A stretch of DNA of 64,000 nt, from NCBI RefSeq assembly GCF_947568905.1, contig NC_079165.1:77624001-77688000 (forward strand), in the 5' to 3' direction. Under the pieces are notes generated by a model that had not been told where the DNA came from, searched no databases, and worked only from the letters and a program-made list of their open reading frames with translations. This document shows positions 47,491-59,995 of the stretch, one piece after another. The stretch is from Ostrea edulis. Its lineage: Eukaryota. The stretch's first letter is position 1. Each line of letters opens with the position of its first letter. Made by a program: the position numbers and the translations under genes.

Positions 47491-49573
47491 TAAACAGAAA
47501 ATCACTCATCGTTTGCTTCGATCATTAATTCTGTTAAGTTTATGAATTAAATTATAAGAACGCATATGTAAAAGCTGGGAGCCGCTTTTCGATTTACCAC
47601 AAAACAGGATCAATTACAAGGTGCTAAAACCAATCGAAGCAGAATGATTCATTATCAAAACACATTAACAAGCATGGCAGAAATGGCATGAAGACATATC
47701 AGTTGCATAATAATTCTGTATTTATCAATGCAATCTTTTAAAAGTCTAATCTCGATTTAAAAGTCCTTGTATACCCCAGACTCTCCTATCGCCATGAAAG
47801 GCCTGTTTATACAGACCATCTCTAAACTATTCTTTGCTTTAATCTAGAAACATAACACTTAATATGCTTTACACTGTCCAATCAGAAAAGACTCATCTTA
47901 AGAAGGCTGGGACACTTGTTTAAATATTTTGTGGAGTTATCTCTGCACAAGTACTATGTCATAAAGTACTTAGACTGAAAGCCATGGCGTGATGTTTTAC
48001 AAAGTACCCACGCAAGATAACAGAAATAGTACATAAGTCAACCATAAACTACAAGAAATTTACACGAGTCTACTCAAATCCATCGTGCGCAGTTAGATAA
48101 GTTCCATTACCAGTGCGAGTTAGTACTTAAACTCGAGTTTTATATTAAATATATATTACCAACGAGCACATGTTATGTGAACTATTTCTCCCACTTGCAG
48201 GACTTCCGGATTTTGTGAAAACGTCTTTCCTTCAGATGTCAACTCTGCATGTAAACATGCAATAGACAGATCATGTACAAGGGAAAAGTTCAAAGATTGT
48301 AAAATTAAAAACAACCAATCATAATCGCCCCAGGTGTTTCATAACATGATTGAAACCAAAAGAAGAACAAAATTGATAAATAATTCTCTTACAACTGGAA
48401 CATACACGTACAGTTACTGGAAGTGAAGTTGGTCTCTGCGGACTATAAATACAATTCATTTAATATACACAGTCCATTGAGTCCAACTGAACATTTCCTG
48501 TTGTCTAGTTAATATTACTGAACATTTTAGGGGAGGGACTTGTATTAAAGTTCTTAGAACTTGTTCCCAATCCTTTTTATTTCTTCAATAAAATATGTTC
48601 AAAACAAAACTACTGAAAGCACTGGGTAAAAATCTGTATATTGTTTTCGCTTCCTTACATAGAAAAGTTGACCTAAACTGTTTTTAAAACAGTTGTATTT
48701 GCTGCATGTTAAAGTACCATAAAGCAGGATTCGAGGGGTGTGACGGGTCAACCTATATATCATTAGGATTTTTATGGCACAAATACCAACAAAGGTTTAA
48801 GAGGACTTTAAACAATTCGATCCTAGCCTTCGTTTTGTTAGTGAGTGGTTAATCTGTTTATGATGGTCGTTTTGCCAGTTCTTCCTGTTGTTAAAAATGA
48901 CCCCCCAGACATATCTGTACATCAGAAACATGTACACTTTCTACAAAAACAAAAAACATCAGTATTACGTTAAAAGTTCTGTCGCATGAAAAAAAAAAAA
49001 ATCCCCAACAAAATGAAAGAGGATTCTGAAGAGCGCCTTCAGTGTTAATCATATTAATTACAGTAAGAACAAGTAATCAATGCGGCGTGGGTTCTCAACA
49101 GGAAGGACTACAGAGAAGCTAAGTACTGAAAGAATGCAGTGCGGTGGCGTGACGGGCATTCCTCGCATTCGCAGGTAACCGACCATGGCACATGGCGTGA
49201 AATCGTCCCCGCTAGACCCGTTCCCAACATGCAGCGTGTTCACACGAACGCTGTTAATCATGCTATATAAATAATTTTTGACTTTTTGTGCAAGAAAAGT
49301 TTTTAAAAACACATTATATAGTCTCGATCTAAAATTAACCCCCCTGTGCTGCCTTGAATACGCCGGTATGTTGCAAGGCAGGGGTGACCTACCTGTTTTA
49401 CACCTGTCCCAGGTACTGCAGGTAATCCACAGAATTGTTCTGAGTGTGTAACGATCCCTCGATAATGTTCAACAAATTAGGACGCGTCTATAGTACTCTA
49501 GTACTGCAAAAGTTATGTCAACTGGTCAATGAACTACTGTCAATGCGAAGTGCCTAATCACAGAGTAACATTT

Positions 49574-49583
49574 CCTTATTTGG
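49574..49583. promoter_or_regulatory. CArG box (SRF consensus) upstream of the myophilin gene
   Basis: CCTTATTTGG matches CC(A/T)6GG; about 2.7 kb upstream of the ATG; function unproven. Confidence 0.35.
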
Positions 49584-49949
49584 AAACTAGGTGGCGCTTA
49601 GGAAATAAATTATGGTGGCCCATAGGGGCCTAGTTCTAGACTCGGGACAGCAGGTCTGTTGGCACACATTGGTATAGAGTGACGTAATTACCTGATGATA
49701 GAAGGGACATGCAGTCAATATCACGAGAGACATATATAACATGTTATATCTCTCTGGATCTTTCAAAAACAAAACGTTGGGACATTTTAAAACTTTCGTC
49801 GACATCGTGAAAAAATAAGTACGACTTCAATTCAAATCAAATGGGGTTATTTCAAAACAGATATATACATGTATGCAATAATTACTGCGAATCATTATAT
49901 AAGCAGTCGAGACTTCAGGAGAGGATCGCGACTTGTACCAAGTTAGAGA

Positions 49950-50310
49950 ACGGACGTCCTAAATTACAGAACTCTCTTTGTAAGGAGCGGACGTCCTAAG
50001 TTACAGAACTCTCTTTGTAAGGAGCGGATGTCCTAAGTTACAGAACTCTCTTTGTAAGGAGCGCATGTCCTAAGTTACAGAACTCTCTTTGTAAGGAGCG
50101 GATGTCCTAAGTTACAGAACTCTCTTTGTAAGGAGCGGACGTCCTAAGTTACAGAACTCTCTTTGTAAAGAGCGGACGTCATAAGTTACAGAACTCTCTT
50201 TATGGGGAGCGACCTGTATTACGTGACGGAACTCTCTTTGTGGAGAGCAGCCTCTGTTACGGAACTCTCTTTGTAGGGCAGACATTGTTAGCTACAGAAC
50301 TCTTTGTAAA
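49950..50310. repeat. 37-bp minisatellite, ~7 good copies plus degenerate ones
   Basis: Unit GGAGCGGACGTCCTAAGTTACAGAACTCTCTTTGTAA. Confidence 0.93.
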
Positions 50311-50611
50311 GAGATGTCTTTTAGTCCTAAGCTACGTCACTGTTTGTTGGGTGAGGATTTTCAGAGTTACTTTATGAGGACACTCAGAGCACCATACACA
50401 TAGAGCTTTATAGATTTGTGGCATGTCATCTGTGACTGGTGACGTCTCGATATGAGTGGGAAATTCTCGTTGGGATGCAAAGCAAATACACAATCAAATT
50501 GATTTTCTAATCTGTTTCAATGCATTTTGTTGGACTATATTTAGGTTCTGTATAGCTATTAAATCGTGTTGTGATATAAAGACACAGGAGGCGGACGCTC
50601 TGTATCGCGCA

Positions 50612-50612
<1 letters not shown>

Positions 50613-50672
<60 letters not shown>
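50613..50672. repeat. (TC)n microsatellite inside a degenerate GGCGGA..TCCGC MITE (about 50584-50872)
   Basis: Directly visible; flanking CAGGAGGCGGA and CTGGATCCGCTCCT. Confidence 0.8.
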
Positions 50673-51703
50673 CGTGCGAGTGACGTTTTAATCGATCTAT
50701 AAAACTATATAAATGGTAGGGGACTGGGAGTATAGGGGGCGGAAGGTCTCGATTCCAGCAAATCTAAAGAAAATGATATTCAACGAGTCTTCATATTTCA
50801 CTCTTTCAATATAATTTTCTTCACTGAAAAATGTAAATAGGGAATCAGACGCCTCTTCTGGATCCGCTCCTATATGACCACGTTCTTAAAAAAATATTTA
50901 TTTTAAAACATTAACTGCGATAGAAATTGTTCCATTCCCCTTTAATTTATCTTGTGGATTTTCTTACTCAGGTTTACCAGTATCTATTGGGGGGAAAACC
51001 GTGGTCATTCACTATTAATTGTGTAAAATATCGTGTGGTGGTAAACAATGAGGTACATGGAAAAATATTAAAAGTTGCATCTTTTCTTTTCACCTTTTCC
51101 ATGAAAATCAAACGTCAATACCTATACTCCGTCCCAGAATTTGGTTTTTATCCCGAAAAATTGTTCTTTTGAAGTTTCAACAATTTTGTGCAAGTTATAT
51201 AGACAAAATGATCTTGAAATTTCATATTTTTCATTAAAACAATACCAAGAGGTGGTTTAAAAGCTTATCTTTAGCTCTCTGGGGAAATATTGGGACAGAC
51301 CAGAGAGCAACAGATCCACCCTTTATACATGGAAAACCCCTCGCTTTACGGCACAGAAAAAATGCGCACGGTTGGGGCTTTATATAGATGTATTCTTACA
51401 TCGCTGTCTCAAAAATATCATAGATATATATTGATATCAAAAACATTCCTAACATATTTTCCCACTATACTTGTGTATAAATATACCTTCAAATATTCAT
51501 CAAATATGCGAACAGAAAACTCACAACTGCAACTGTGCAGCTAAGGGTGTTTATGATATACCGTGTTAAGATTAAGGGTCAATGTTTTTAATGAGAAGTA
51601 AATTAGAATAAAACCACACAAGGTCTTTACTGATAAAACCTTTATGAGTGTAAACATATGTATAAATAGGTATTGGATTATATTATGAAAAAGGTGAAGA
51701 TAG

Positions 51704-52415
51704 ACAATAGGCCCATGGGCCACATCGTTCATATTTAAAGATTTCCCCTATATATTCGCATGTAAAGCTTTGATCCCCTATTGTTGCTCCAACAAACTTG
51801 AATCTGCACGATGTCAGGAAGCTTTAATGTAAATTTCCACTTTCCTGGCCCTGTAGTTTTTGAGAAGATTTTAAAAGATTTTCCCTATATATATATATGT
51901 GTGTGTATGTAAAACTTGGATCCCATATTGTGTACCCATCCTACCCCTGGGGGCCATGATTTTGACAAACTTGAATCTGCACTATGTCAGGAAGCTTTCA
52001 TGTAAATTTCAGCTTTCCTGGTTTAGTGGTTCTTGAGAAGAAGATTTTTAAAGAATTTTTTCTATATATTTGTATGTAAAACTTTGATCCCCTATTGTGG
52101 CCCCATCCCGATCCCCGATTGTGGCCCCATCCTACCCTCAAGGGCCATGGTTTTAACAAACTTGAATCTGCATTATCTGCATTCTTCTGGCTCAGTGGTT
52201 CTTTAGAAGAAGATTTTTAAATGATCCCACCCTATATTTGCATTTTTCTGATTATCTCCCCTTTAAAGGGGGCATGACCCTTCATTTGAACAAAAGTGAA
52301 AGCCCCTCACCCAAGGATGCTTTTGGCCAAGTTTGGTTATAATTGGCTCAGTGGTTCTGGAGAAGTCGAAAATGTAAAAAGTTTACGGACAGACGACGGA
52401 CAATAGGCGATGAGG

Positions 52416-52452
<37 letters not shown>
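51704..52452 (+). mobile_element. Helentron/HINE carrying Cg170/HindIII-like satellite units
   Basis: ACAATAGGCCCATGGGCCACATCG start; ~3 units with AACAAACTTGAATCTGCACTATGTCAGGAAGCTTT; GACAGACGACGGAC; terminal AGCTCACTTGAGCTTTCAGCTCAGGTGAGCTAAAA. Confidence 0.85.
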
Positions 52453-52456
<4 letters not shown>

Positions 52457-53494
52457 AATCAAATAGATTAAATTCGGTGTTCGCTTAAAAATGGAATTAC
52501 AGTAGGAAACTGATTGCTTGGTCTTTACGGAGAGCAATTTCACACGTGATTGCAATTGTCAACTTTGACACCTCTTTCCTGTTTCACTGTGGCAATGGAA
52601 ATTGGTTTTTACAAGCTATCAAATTTATGCTCAGAACTGGGATTTCGTTTTGCTTATCTCTCACTAATTTACCTTTGAAATTCAATGTCATGTGAGGTTT
52701 CCACTTTTCATTAATTCGCAACTTTCTTTAGTTTATTCAATTGCAAGTAGACAGATCTGTCAAAGTCAACCGAGACGCTCGTATTTAGAAGTTTGGATAA
52801 AAGGGCATCTTTTAGTTTTATCTTTCCATAACTCATACCTATAATCTATTTTTTTCTCTCGCTTCCTTCTTTTCTGTCCTGTCCTGATGTGAACATGATT
52901 ATGTTTGTGTCTCTCTTCCCTGTATCTCTTTTCCCTTTGGAATGTATCACATGTACTTGACCTCATGTACCACGTATTGTTGGTTTGAGTGAAACACTAG
53001 TTTTTGTGACATGTTAACTACACTTGTCATTACCACAGAACATCAATTCATCCACGTTTTAAAAAAAAAATGTCTTATCCCACTGATTCAGATGTTAATC
53101 AATGAAAGAACGATAAATCTTACAAAACCTTCCCATATACTGGTCTATATATATATGTCGATAAAGAAACTCTCAAAATACAAAGATGCTACTTAATTAA
53201 AAGCACTGAATTAGAAATAATATATTAGATTTCAAGTATGTTTGTTTAGTCAACCTGATAAGAAATATGAATTTCATTTTTTTGAAAATAGACGTGGGTC
53301 TGAACTGCGATACGTTGGTGTACTTCATGTAGTACACTGGCAATCATACCCTCATGGATATTCAAAAATGAAGTTTATATTTATTGGCTTGCGGTAATTT
53401 ATGGAGTGGAGTGGAGTGGAGTCGTGGAGTCATGGAGTCGTGGAGTCTCTGTGCTTCATAACTTTATTATCCCCCACTACCACTCTCTATTTTA

Positions 53495-54113
53495 GAATTT
53501 TAAACTATGTAGAACAATATGCTAAAATATACTAATACTTCTGGCAATCTGACTAGAATGGCTCTTACTAATATGCCAAGAAGCCGTGGACAGAAGCCTA
53601 AAGCCGTGGACAGAAGCCTAAAGCCGTGGACAGAAGCCTAAAGCCGTGGACAGAAGCCTAAAGCCGTGGACAGAAGCCTAAAGCCGTGGACAGAAGCCTA
53701 AAGGAACCTCTATAAGAAAGGGACTAAACAGCAAGATAAACAAAGAAGTCCAAAATTATGTGTCACCACAAAAAAATCAGATAGAGCAACCCTTTCATTT
53801 GACATTTTTAGCAGGTCTTGTAAAAAAAAAATGTTATGGTTGTGGCCAACTCTTTTCAGACGCATTTCGTATTCCACCAAATGATATTGTTCTAAAACGA
53901 TTTGATTATAGGAAATATTTAAGTCCAATTAAAAAAAAAAAAAAAAGTTTCGCTAACCCTTCAAAATACTTATTATCATCTTAATACTGACTGCTGCAGA
54001 AGACAATGCCCAATGTTTGAAATGTCCCGAGATGTGATAATTCATTCCGAGATAAAATCTCAATTATCCAAAGAACACAAAGATACCCTCAGAAAATGTA
54101 GCTTACCTATTTA
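53495..54113 (+). pseudogene. Frameshifted relic of a Cys/His-motif protein, probably transposon-associated
   Basis: NTSGNLTRMALTNMPRSRGQKPK / PFHLTFLAGLVKKKCYGCGQLF..PPNDIVLKRFDYRKY / QNTYYHLNTDCCRRQCPMF; frame broken by a VNTR and a poly-A run. Confidence 0.5.
53581..53700. repeat. Perfect 20-bp tandem repeat x6
   Basis: AAGCCGTGGACAGAAGCCTA. Confidence 0.98.
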
Positions 54114-55352
54114 GTATAATGATCTAAAATGTACAACGTACCAGACTTTATGGGAAATTTCACATTTAGAGAAACAATGGTATATGCTACTTTTTTAAAA
54201 TACCAGACATGTCAACGTTTGTGATTGTTATGCATGTTAAAATTCATTATTTGAATGATAGCTATAATCAGTGTGAGTGCACATTAAGATCATAAACATT
54301 TATCCAATTTCAATAAATGTCGATTTTGATCAAAGTTTCTTTTAACATCTGTTCTACAATTATTGATAGTGTTAATAATTCTAGATAACAAATTTGAAGA
54401 CTTTGCTTTTCCTGTCTCATTCATTCTTGTTTTTTTTTTTTTTTTTTTTTAGAAAGTTAAGGTGGGTCCCTAGTCCTGGATTTTTGGGGTTTAGGTAGCA
54501 TTTTTTTGTTTGGAATCAATAAATTAATATTCAGAGTAATGAAAAAAGGCAAAACAGTTAAGGATTTCCATATTAATTTTCATTACAGACACTACTGAAG
54601 TCGTGTACCCCTATGTAGAATTTCATGAAATTCATTGGAAACAGTCATTTGTTGTTATTCTAAAATAAAAACAACAAAATATTTTTGAATTGCATTTATT
54701 TATCGGGAAACATATCAATAACTAAAACACATGTCATTTTCAATATGTTCATCAAGTTTTAGAATGATATGTGCAAAATTATTGAATTAGCGTTATTCTC
54801 CAATATGTTAAAAAACAAGCAAATGTGGACGCATTTTCCTTATTTCATGGTTTACATATCATTTTTTCTGTTTATATTAGTAGATGTACATCTGTTATAG
54901 TTATTTATGGGGAAAAATCCATACCTTTCCTTAATAATTTCAAATCTATAGCTTCCAGAGTATGTATACCCCCATAAAAAACCAAAGTCTGGCACTATAC
55001 AGTTGAGCTATTCAAAATCACTCGGGATTAAAATTTTATGTAATTTCATGAAAAGACACAGATAATGATTCCTTATCACCTTGGTAAAAGGTTTGTCAAA
55101 AATAAAGGAAATCTATCGCATAATGGACTTGATAAATAATTTAATGAAAACAGAGTTATTGTCCTTGGATTCAATATTTTAAAACATATCATTGACTTTT
55201 CAAATATAACTAAGGCTTTTGAAATATTTTATGGCTAACAAGATTTTTTAAAATAACTATTGAAAAAGGCTCCAACAAAATTTATGTTCCTGTCATTAAA
55301 TCATTGACTTTGCAAAATCCTATGACGTCACAGGAGTGTGGAACTACGTTAA

Positions 55353-55940
55353 AGCTGTATGGTCCGAATTACAATATTTTTTCCCATCTCCTAAAAACGC
55401 TATTAAATCATCGCACGTATGTAGTTATGAGACTGTATGACATATCATGAATTATTTCACCTGTTTTAACCCAAATAATTTGATTTTTAAATCGATGTTT
55501 ACAAATCACTCTGCCATTTCAAGTGACAGTCACGTGACCAGTTCAAACTTTCAGATCATCGGTGGTCTTATCTGTGTAAAGCTGTGTATTTTGTTATAAC
55601 AGTACCGTACCATAAGTTTAATAGAAATAAAAATATCAAATACCTCTTAGTAATTCGTTGTTTACGCTCTTTCAGCCTTAAAACTAGACATTTGCGTATG
55701 AGTTAATACATCATGTTGGGATTCCCCTGACGCGCGTGGGTTTATTTATAGACGTCTATTATGGGATGATTTATATATGTAGCCACTATATTTACTTTCT
55801 AAATAATATTCGCACTGTTTTCTTTTACATGCAGATGTTTTCAAGCATGTAATTAAGGGAAAGTTAATAACTTTATAAAGTAATTAATCTGGTTTAAAGT
55901 ACAAAAACAATACAATACATGAACATCGGGTCATACAGCT
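55353..55940. mobile_element. Kolobok-type non-autonomous transposon, TTAA TSD
   Basis: TTAA|AGCTGTATGGTCCGA ... TCGGGTCATACAGCT|TTAA. Confidence 0.85.
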
Positions 55941-56774
55941 TTAATAGTTATCTGGGACACCTATTCATAGATGTGATAAGGGGTCCAATTAAACTGTCCA
56001 CAACAGTGCGAAGTAGATCAAAGAGTAGCTGTGTTACATTCCAGGGCTGATTATATAATACACGCACTCAGTAATTAAATTTCAAACAAAATATTGCTCT
56101 AATATTATACACACATAAATTAATAACTGTAAAGATATTCCGAGTTGATTATATTTTTTTCACTAGAAATACTAGCATGCGTTTCTTGAGAATTGTTTAT
56201 ATATACCTTGGTTTAATTTTTTGCAGTCCCTCTCTCTCCAAAATCATGAATTAATTTTTATTGGCTATAATAATTCTTTTAAAAAAGCTACTTCTTATTT
56301 CAAAAACGAGAAACATCTGTTGGGGCAAGAGGTGTAACATGTGATGAAAAGAGGTGTGTGTGTGGGGGGGGGGGGGGGGGATTCAAATCCAAGAAATACA
56401 AATAGATGGACTCAAATCACAGTTCAATGACGAACGAGCAAATAAGTTTGAATAGAAAGAAATTTAATGATGATAAATTTGGCCTCATTTGAGTAGTGTT
56501 GATAAAGGTGTGTTTCTGTTTGTAAGAGGGGATGTTACTTCACCTATGAAGGCTAATTATATATTTAAATTTTACTCTTAAAATCACTTAAATTCAGGAG
56601 CTTCCAGGGACTTCGCCCCCTGGCCCCCCACCAGGACTTTGTCTCTAGAAAAAATTACATGTTCCCTAACCAGAATTCCTGGATCCGCCCCTGGTATTCA
56701 TAATCGCGCTGTTCACAATTTATTACAACACATTGATGAGGAAATGGCCATCATCATGATCATCATAATTTGTG

Positions 56775-56872
56775 TGAGTTCTCTCTTCCACCAATAATTA
56801 AGCTGGGCGCCACCAGATGATTATCAAATTGTTGAGTGTGGCGGAAAACAGCAAAACAATCAATCAATCAAT
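56775..56872 (+). mobile_element. 3' fragment of a second SINE family, (TCAA)n tail
   Basis: CTCTTCCACCAAT..CTGGGCGCCACCAGAT..TTGTTGAGTGTGGCGGAAAACAGCAAAACAATCAATCAATC. Confidence 0.6.
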
Positions 56873-57351
56873 GTACAGATATCAAAGGCAAAATCAATGG
56901 AAATGTCCTAGTTGTTTAATATACAGTTGAAACATCCGGTTGTTGAAATAGTCGCTAAATTGCCCAGCTAAACCCGAGAAATTTTTTTCAGGACCCCCCC
57001 CCCCCGTAATTCCGTTGCCATCCTGGTGTTTTTTTGTATAGAAAACAGTAAAAAAAAAAATCCGGATTTTTATTTCAATCTAATTAATAAAACATCACAG
57101 ACTTCTGCTGTTATACTTGCCGTTTTATATATCAGATATATACAATATTGTACACAACATCAGAACAGAGGCATTCTATAAATCTTCATAAGCATTACAT
57201 CATATAGGTCTACCTCTAAGTAAGTATTACAAGGCTACATCTACAAAAAATTACCATTATTGGTTCCTCGAATAGAATTTGAAATCAGGCTCATTTGGTA
57301 ACTTTCTAAACTACGATGTAACTTCCTAAATCTAAATCCAGTGGTCTAGTG

Positions 57352-57493
57352 CACAGGCACTCGACGTTTTAAATATCTATAATTAAAAAAAAATTGTCTT
57401 CCTGTAAACATAATACAAATGTATTGACAATATTATGTTTACAGGAAGACAATTTTTTTTTATTATAGATATTTAAAACGTCGAGTGCCTGTG
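57352..57493. mobile_element. hAT-type foldback MITE, 8-bp TSD
   Basis: GTCTAGTG|CACAGGCACTCGACG..(~63-bp arms)..CGTCGAGTGCCTGTG|GTCTAGTG. Confidence 0.9.
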
Positions 57494-57781
57494 GTCTAGT
57501 GCCTGTGCTTGAACATAGACACATGGCTTGAATAAGGAAGAGTCACGATCTAAGTTAATTTCTTAGGTTTGACGTGGCGACGTAATCGAGAATTGACAAC
57601 ACCACCCACCCCCACCCCTGGTTAACAAGCAAGCACTTTTACCACTATAGACTAGTGGAAACGGTTATTTTAACTATTTTGAAAATTTTCCTAAATTGCT
57701 AACGAAATGTCTCTATAAAGTAAATGAAGGCAAGGTGTTTTATATAAACTTTTGAAGAAAGGGGTAGATGGATCTTTCTTC

Positions 57782-57814
<33 letters not shown>

Positions 57815-57819
57815 AACCA

Positions 57820-57990
57820 TGCATCAACGAATATAGGTGTATACTGGAAAGGGAACATGTATACTGAATATTTCAAAATTAATCTAGGGGTTGAACAGGG
57901 AGACCATCTAAGTTTAACATCATTTGATATCCTCTTGATGATTCGAAACTTTTAATGATGAGGAAACGACTTGCTCTGTATCATTAAGTG
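57820..57990 (+). pseudogene. LINE reverse-transcriptase relic
   Basis: YTEYFKINLGVEQGDHLSLTSFDI resembles the RT motif GVRQGDxLSPxLFNI. Confidence 0.6.
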
Positions 57991-58270
57991 GCCTAGCTTT
58001 TGATCATTGTGTTAATAATTTGATCTTGGTATCAGAATCTATTAAGTGGCCTAGCTTTTGATCATTGTGTTAATAATTTGATCTTGGTATCAGAATCTAT
58101 TAAGTGGCCTAGCTTTTGATCATTGTGTTAATAATTTGATCTTGGTATCAGAATCTATTAAGTGGCCTAGCTTTTGATCATTGTGTTAATAAGTTGATGG
58201 TATCAGAATCTATTAAGTGACCTAGCTTTTGATCATTGTGTTAATAATTTGATCTTGGTATCAGAATCTG
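57983..58270. repeat. 58-bp minisatellite x5
   Basis: Unit ATTAAGTGGCCTAGCTTTTGATCATTGTGTTAATAATTTGATCTTGGTATCAGAATCT. Confidence 0.95.
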
Positions 58271-58408
58271 ATCAAGACTTCCCATACTACTTGTATGTAC
58301 ATGGGAAATGAAAATATTTTTTTTTTAGACCAAACACAAAGGTTATGGTTTGCACCAATAAAACAAGAATAATAATTTGTTTTATATTTTATTACAATTT
58401 GACATAAT

Positions 58409-58412
<4 letters not shown>

Positions 58413-58458
<46 letters not shown>
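58413..58458. repeat. (TA)n microsatellite
   Basis: Directly visible. Confidence 0.95.
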
Positions 58459-58463
<5 letters not shown>

Positions 58464-58602
58464 TATCTGGGTATTATTTTACATTCTACACGCTATTACT
58501 TGTATCAAATAACGACTTGTCTCTGGACATGTACTGTATTATTTTTATGCAAAATGATTTCTAACATCACGCAATTTGTCAATGTTTGTTGACATATGAT
58601 TT

Positions 58603-58638
<36 letters not shown>

Positions 58639-58972
58639 GTCTTAGTACATTAATACTTAAAAAATCCGTCCAAAATGACACACCACACGATGCAATGTTT
58701 GCTCCATCTTCATGTGACTTTGCGTTATTATGGACTTAAAGTAGAAAATCTATATTAATTTGTTTGATTTAATCAATAACCAAAGAAAATAAATACATTT
58801 CTAACATACACAATATCTAATTTTTTCGTTTTGCTAAAAGCTATGACGTCACATGAGGATAAAACTACCAAGGTAGATGTACCGTTAGCGCTTTCCGCAG
58901 ATATAAGTGACTTTATACTGACAGTTTTCAAAAACGATTGTCAAAACTTTGCAGAGAATGTTTAGCAATTAT

Positions 58973-59809
58973 GGCACGCCAAATTCACAAAAATGAGCTA
59001 AACATAGCTTAACAGTTGATAAACTTGGTTTATCGACTGTAAACTATAGTTTACGGACCGTAAACTATAGTTAACGATTCGTTAACTATAGTTTTCATCC
59101 GTAAAACTATATCTAACGGTTGTAAACTATAGTTTACAAATGCTAATCCAAGTTTATCTGTCTTTGAATAAACGTTAACAATAGATTGTGCTGATAAATA
59201 CAGATTCACATTTGTAAACTATAATTTACATTCGTTAACTATAGTTCACAATTGTTAATCCTAGTTTCACAAATTGTATTACTATATTTATCAGATAAAC
59301 TATGTTTAACATTCGTTAATTATAGTTTTTGATCGTAAACTATAGCTAACTGCCATTTTCACTCATAAACTATATTAAACAAAACTGTGTTTATCACTTT
59401 TTTGTGAATTCGGCGCATTAAATGACTATAAACTATATCTTACAAAACTGTGTTTATCACTTTTTTGTGAATTCGGCGCATTAAATAACTATAAACTATA
59501 TCTTACAAACCGTAAACTATCATTTACATTCGTTAATAATAGTTTAGACTTTAAACCGTAGTTTACAATCGTGAAACCGTATTTATCAGATAAACTATGT
59601 TTTGCAATCGCTAATGATTGTTTCCATTGTTAATTATAGTTTACGCTTGTGAAACATAGATTATCTGTTAACTATGGTTTACAGATGTGAAATATAGATT
59701 AACGTCGTTAACTATAGTTTACGGTCCGTAAAGTATAGTTTACAGTCGATAAACCTAGTTTATCAACTGTGAAACTATGCTTAGCTCATTTTTGTGAATT
59801 TGGCGTGCC
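58973..59809. mobile_element. 837-bp foldback element with AAACTATAGTTT subrepeats; AT|GG..CC|AT termini (ISL2EU-like)
   Basis: TATGGCACGCCAAATTCACAAAAATGAGCTAA.. mirrored by ..TTAGCTCATTTTTGTGAATTTGGCGTGCCATA; arms of more than 100 bp. Confidence 0.88.
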
Positions 59810-59995
59810 ATATACAATGCTGACAGGTACATTGACATTTTGCATATCGTATAAAACAAAGTGAATTTTGACTCATTTTCCTTTGTATCACAGAAATGAG
59901 AGACTCGTCGACCACAACTGAAATTTGGTCCGTAGAATAGTGGAATGTTCGCCCTACTTTCTCTCTCATCCATGACACAACAGAGTTATCCCCCT

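Noticed and set aside
49058-49312. 84-aa ORF as an extra myophilin coding exon
   Set aside because: The protein already has a canonical MAxRPxxYG start at 46922 and no convincing in-frame donor was found.
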